Shown piece by piece: positions 61,138 to 64,000 of a DNA stretch of 64,000 bases. The DNA lies in assembly GCA_963712275.1 (NCBI GenBank), contig CAVQHD010000001.1, positions 712,362 to 776,361 of the forward strand, given 5' to 3'. Every line of letters starts with the position of its first letter. Within the stretch, counting starts at the first letter, position 1. Origin of the DNA: an uncultured Rhabdochlamydiaceae bacterium. GTDB taxonomy: Bacteria > Chlamydiota > Chlamydiia > Chlamydiales > Rhabdochlamydiaceae. Made by a program: the position numbers and the translations under genes. The notes beneath the pieces were generated by a model, which worked only from the letters and a program-made list of their open reading frames with translations, searched no databases and was not told where the DNA came from.

Positions 61138-62004
61138 CTATTTTCCAAGGACCATTATTTTATATTTTGGAACAATGACAAGGGGTTTCAAAGAGGTTAA
61201 CAGGGCCAATTGGGAAGAAGGGTTTTCAATTGAATTGCCAGTAAGGTTAACGATTGTAAGATTTGTCAGGCGATTCAGGTTGGTTGGTATAGATGTGAAA
61301 GCATTAAATCTAAGATCAAGTGAATCTAAGTTTGTGAGAGAGCAGATTTCAGCAGGAAGTCTTAAAAGGTTTGAGTAATTTAAAGATAAGTCTTCTAATC
61401 GATGGAGAAGCGAAGTGGGGCTCTCTAATTCACTTTGCCATTCAGAATGGAACTTCTGCAAGAAAGTGGGTATGGAGAGTGAAAGATGACCATTTGCGAC
61501 TAATTCCTTTGCCTCTGAGCTCCACTTACTTGGGATGTTTTTCGCCTTACACATGTGGACAATATCATTGAACTCAATCCGATTTTCCATATACATGTAA
61601 TACATGGTGTAATAGAGGGAAGACGTTTCCTTTCCTGAGATTGCTGGTACGCTTGCGGGGAAAGAGAGAGGGTGCTGTAAATGCATACGTTCTTGATTTA
61701 AACCAGCGAAAATTTTTTGTTTGACTATGCTTGCATTCATATTTGTTGGATCGAGGTTAAGGTTGGAAGGAAAGAGTTTTCTCCAGATTGAAACAACCAT
61801 CTCTGGTCCACTAAGGATTTGGTGAAAAGGCCAGCAAACTCTGCTAATGGTGTCCAAGCACTTGGATGGCATAGGGGCCGATATAATGGCATGCAAAAAA
61901 ACCTCCCTTGAGAGTTCATCTGGAAGGATCCCAAATTGCCCGCATGTTGGGTTTGAATTGATGGGGGCATATGAAGGTTCTACTATTTTTTGTACTATAG
62001 CCAT
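61138..62004 (-). CDS. Eukaryotic-like F-box plus leucine-rich-repeat protein (candidate effector)
   Basis: 288 aa. AGGAGG lies 6 nt upstream of the ATG. The N-terminal LPDELSREVFLHAI...ISRVCWPFHQIL...IWRKLF fits the F-box pattern. The C-terminal LEDLSLNYSNLLRLPAEICSLTNLDSLDLRFNAFTSIPTNLNRLTNLTIVNLTGNSI is a set of LRRs. Confidence 0.7.
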   Translation of the reverse strand: MAIVQKIVEPSYAPINSNPTCGQFGILPDELSREVFLHAIISAPMPSKCLDTISRVCWPFHQILSGPEMVVSIWRKLFPSNLNLDPTNMNASIVKQKIFAGLNQERMHLQHPLSFPASVPAISGKETSSLYYTMYYMYMENRIEFNDIVHMCKAKNIPSKWSSEAKELVANGHLSLSIPTFLQKFHSEWQSELESPTSLLHRLEDLSLNYSNLLRLPAEICSLTNLDSLDLRFNAFTSIPTNLNRLTNLTIVNLTGNSIENPSSQLALLTSLKPLVIVPKYKIMVLGK

Positions 62005-62099
62005 ACTTTCCTCCTTTTTTTAGCACCTAGTTTAATCTAGGATGTTTTTTTAAGACAATTTCTTGACCCTCTCTGCCCCAACCCGTTATTCTTAAGAGT

Positions 62100-64000
62100 A
62101 TGGGTTGGATTCCTCTTCACGTTCATTCGCAATACTCGATTTTAAACTCGACGGCTTCAATAGAAGATCTTGTCGAAAAGGCGAAGGATTTGGGACTCCC
62201 CGCCTTGGCTCTGACAGATGAAGGGAATATGTATGGAGCCGTTGAGTTTTACAAAGCGTGCCGAGAAGCAAAGATTAAGCCGCTCTTGGGGTGCGCATTG
62301 CATCTTGCCCCAGGGCATCGAACAGAGAAAAAACGGATCCCGGGGACGCCGGCGGGATTTCCGCTGATCCTTTTGGCGAAAAATCAAACAGGATACCGCA
62401 ACCTTTGCAAGCTGAGCTCTTACGCTCATCTCGAAGGTTTTTACTACACTCCAAGGATTGATAAAGAGCTTCTTGAAAAACATTCCGAGGGGTTGATTTG
62501 CCTTTCAGGGCCGATTCAGGGATTGATTCCTTTTTTAATTCTGCAGGGGAAAGAGAGAGAGCTGGAGCAAGAGATTGATTGGTTTCAAAAGCAGTTTGGC
62601 GCCGATTTTTATTTTCAGCTTGAGCGGCATCGGATGGACGAAGAGCAGATTAAACAAGATGGAATGGAGCGCGAAGGGTGGCTCTTGCAGAACTACCGGG
62701 ACTACGTTCGAAACCAGGAAGTCGTCATCGAGCGTCTTGTAGAGATTGGACGGAGTCGAAAGATCTCTTGTGTTGCAACGCAGTCGGTCCATTATTTGGA
62801 GAGATCCGATTGGAAAGCACACGAGATTTTGATGAATATTCAGTCAGGGGAGCCGTGCGAGATTTGGGAAAGGGACTCTCAAGGCAATCCTAAGGAGCGG
62901 GTCTTAAATCCAAAGCGGCAGGTTTATTTCTCTCACGAATTCTATTTTAAAACACCGAAGCAGATGGAAACTTTATTTGCCGATCTTCCGGAAGCTTTGA
63001 AGATGACGGAGGAGATTGCAGGTAAGATTCAGGTGGAGCTCGATTTCAAGACTCGGTTTTATCCGATCTTTACGCCTCCTACAGGGATGACGAAAGAAGC
63101 CTATCTTCGGCACCTTTGCGAAGAGGGGGTTGTTAAGAGATATACTCTCGATCGGCTTGCAAAGGTTCAAGAAAAATACCCTGGGCAAAATCCCTTGGAG
63201 GTTGTCAAGAGGCGGCTGCTCTATGAGCTTGATATCATCATTTCCAAAGAGATGGGAGATTATGTCCTGATCGTTCACGATTTTATCGACTGGGCTAAGC
63301 GCCAAAAGATTCCAATGGGCCCTGGACGAGGGTCGGGAGTCGGATCGATCGTTTTATTTTTGATTGGAATCACCGACATTGAGCCGCTTCGGTTTAATTT
63401 GTTCTTTGAAAGGTTTATTAACCCAGAAAGGCTTTCATATCCTGACGTCGACGTTGACATCTGTATGGATAGACGAGATGAAGTGATTCAATACACCGTC
63501 GAAAAATATGGCCGTGATAAGGTCGCCCAAATTATCACATTTGGAACAATGAAAGCAAAGATGGCGATCAAAGACGTGGGACGTGTTTTAAGCGTTCCTT
63601 TACCGAAGGTCAATGGGATTGCAAAACTTGTCCCAGACGATCTTGGGATTACTTTGGATAAAGCCCTTTCGACAGATCCAGATCTTCGAGCTGCCTATGA
63701 GACAGATCCTGAGGTGAAGGAGGTGCTTGATATTGCAAGGAAGCTTGAAGGGTCGGTTCGCAACACGGGGATCCATGCAGCGGGGCTCATTATTTCAGGA
63801 GATTCTCTCACAGATCATATTCCTGTTTGCAGCCCTAAGGATACCGATATTCTCGTCACCCAGTTCTCAATGAAGCCTGTCGAAGCGGTTGGAATGTTGA
63901 AGATCGACTTTTTAGGACTAAAAACATTGACGTCGATTCAAAAGACGGTGGATGCTATTGCAGAGCATCATGGAAAAAAGATCGATTGGGTGAATATCGA
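62100..64000 (+). CDS. dnaE: DNA polymerase III alpha subunit, N-terminal part (continues beyond the window)
   Basis: My own translation from ATG 62100 gives MGWIPLHVHSQYSILNSTASIEDLVEKAKDLGLPALALTDEGNMYGAVEFYKACREAKIKPLLG... (PHP domain). Later it reads ...DFLGLKTLTSIQKTVDAI. The frame is open to 64000. It is missing from the ORF track because it is open-ended. Confidence 0.95.
   Translation, partial: MGWIPLHVHSQYSILNSTASIEDLVEKAKDLGLPALALTDEGNMYGAVEFYKACREAKIKPLLGCALHLAPGHRTEKKRIPGTPAGFPLILLAKNQTGYRNLCKLSSYAHLEGFYYTPRIDKELLEKHSEGLICLSGPIQGLIPFLILQGKERELEQEIDWFQKQFGADFYFQLERHRMDEEQIKQDGMEREGWLLQNYRDYVRNQEVVIERLVEIGRSRKISCVATQSVHYLERSDWKAHEILMNIQSGEPCEIWERDSQGNPKERVLNPKRQVYFSHEFYFKTPKQMETLFADLPEALKMTEEIAGKIQVELDFKTRFYPIFTPPTGMTKEAYLRHLCEEGVVKRYTLDRLAKVQEKYPGQNPLEVVKRRLLYELDIIISKEMGDYVLIVHDFIDWAKRQKIPMGPGRGSGVGSIVLFLIGITDIEPLRFNLFFERFINPERLSYPDVDVDICMDRRDEVIQYTVEKYGRDKVAQIITFGTMKAKMAIKDVGRVLSVPLPKVNGIAKLVPDDLGITLDKALSTDPDLRAAYETDPEVKEVLDIARKLEGSVRNTGIHAAGLIISGDSLTDHIPVCSPKDTDILVTQFSMKPVEAVGMLKIDFLGLKTLTSIQKTVDAIAEHHGKKIDWVNI

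Noticed and set aside
1-64000. A CRISPR array or rRNA operon.
   Set aside because: There is no array of short direct repeats with unique spacers. All repeats found are inverted or palindromic or are IS copies. I see no rRNA-like conserved stretches.

Overview
Chromosomal DNA from what looks like an environmental (non-Chlamydiaceae) member of the Chlamydiae. This is inferred from gene content only; no search was run. The supporting genes are an NTT-type ADP/ATP translocase, UhpC, EUO, Mip, a 1502-aa fused SecDF, Pmp-like and Inc-like proteins and an F-box/LRR protein. Gene orders also match what I recall from Chlamydia trachomatis (euo-recJ-secDF, uppS-cdsA-cmk-plsC, mip-aspS-hisS-uhpC-dnaE). 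There are about 55 protein genes, mostly housekeeping (rho, coaE, polA, sppA, pgk, engB, tsaE, argS, murA, gltX, ctp, recJ, secDF, uppS, cdsA, trxA, aspS, hisS, dnaE). There are two tRNAs (Ser-GCU, Leu-CAG), no rRNA and no CRISPR. The unusual content is mobile or repetitive DNA. (1) Two 1575-bp copies of one IS (IS4/IS5-superfamily DDE transposase, 18-bp terminal inverted repeats, 4-bp target duplications) lie in inverted orientation 21 kb apart. Each has cut off the 3-prime end of a gene that can be rebuilt in frame across the IS. (2) A family of about 170-220-bp near-perfect palindromes has 4 copies (core TTCACCACAGAGACACAGAGAGGGATGAGATTGCACAGAGG). Differences between copies are mirrored in both arms of the same copy. 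(3) A second family of 166-170-bp nested palindromes has 4 copies (shared module GGTTTCGTCGATTTTTGG). They sit flush against stop codons, and one splits the tRNA methyltransferase gene trmL. (4) Short palindromes are built from IS-end-like motifs. Also notable are tandem Inc-like paralogues, a Cmk-PlsC fusion, a DAACS transporter fused to a solute-binding domain, and an F-box/LRR gene inserted in a conserved block. ORF-track starts are the most upstream ATG/GTG/TTG and are often over-extended; I flag where a shorter start is more likely.
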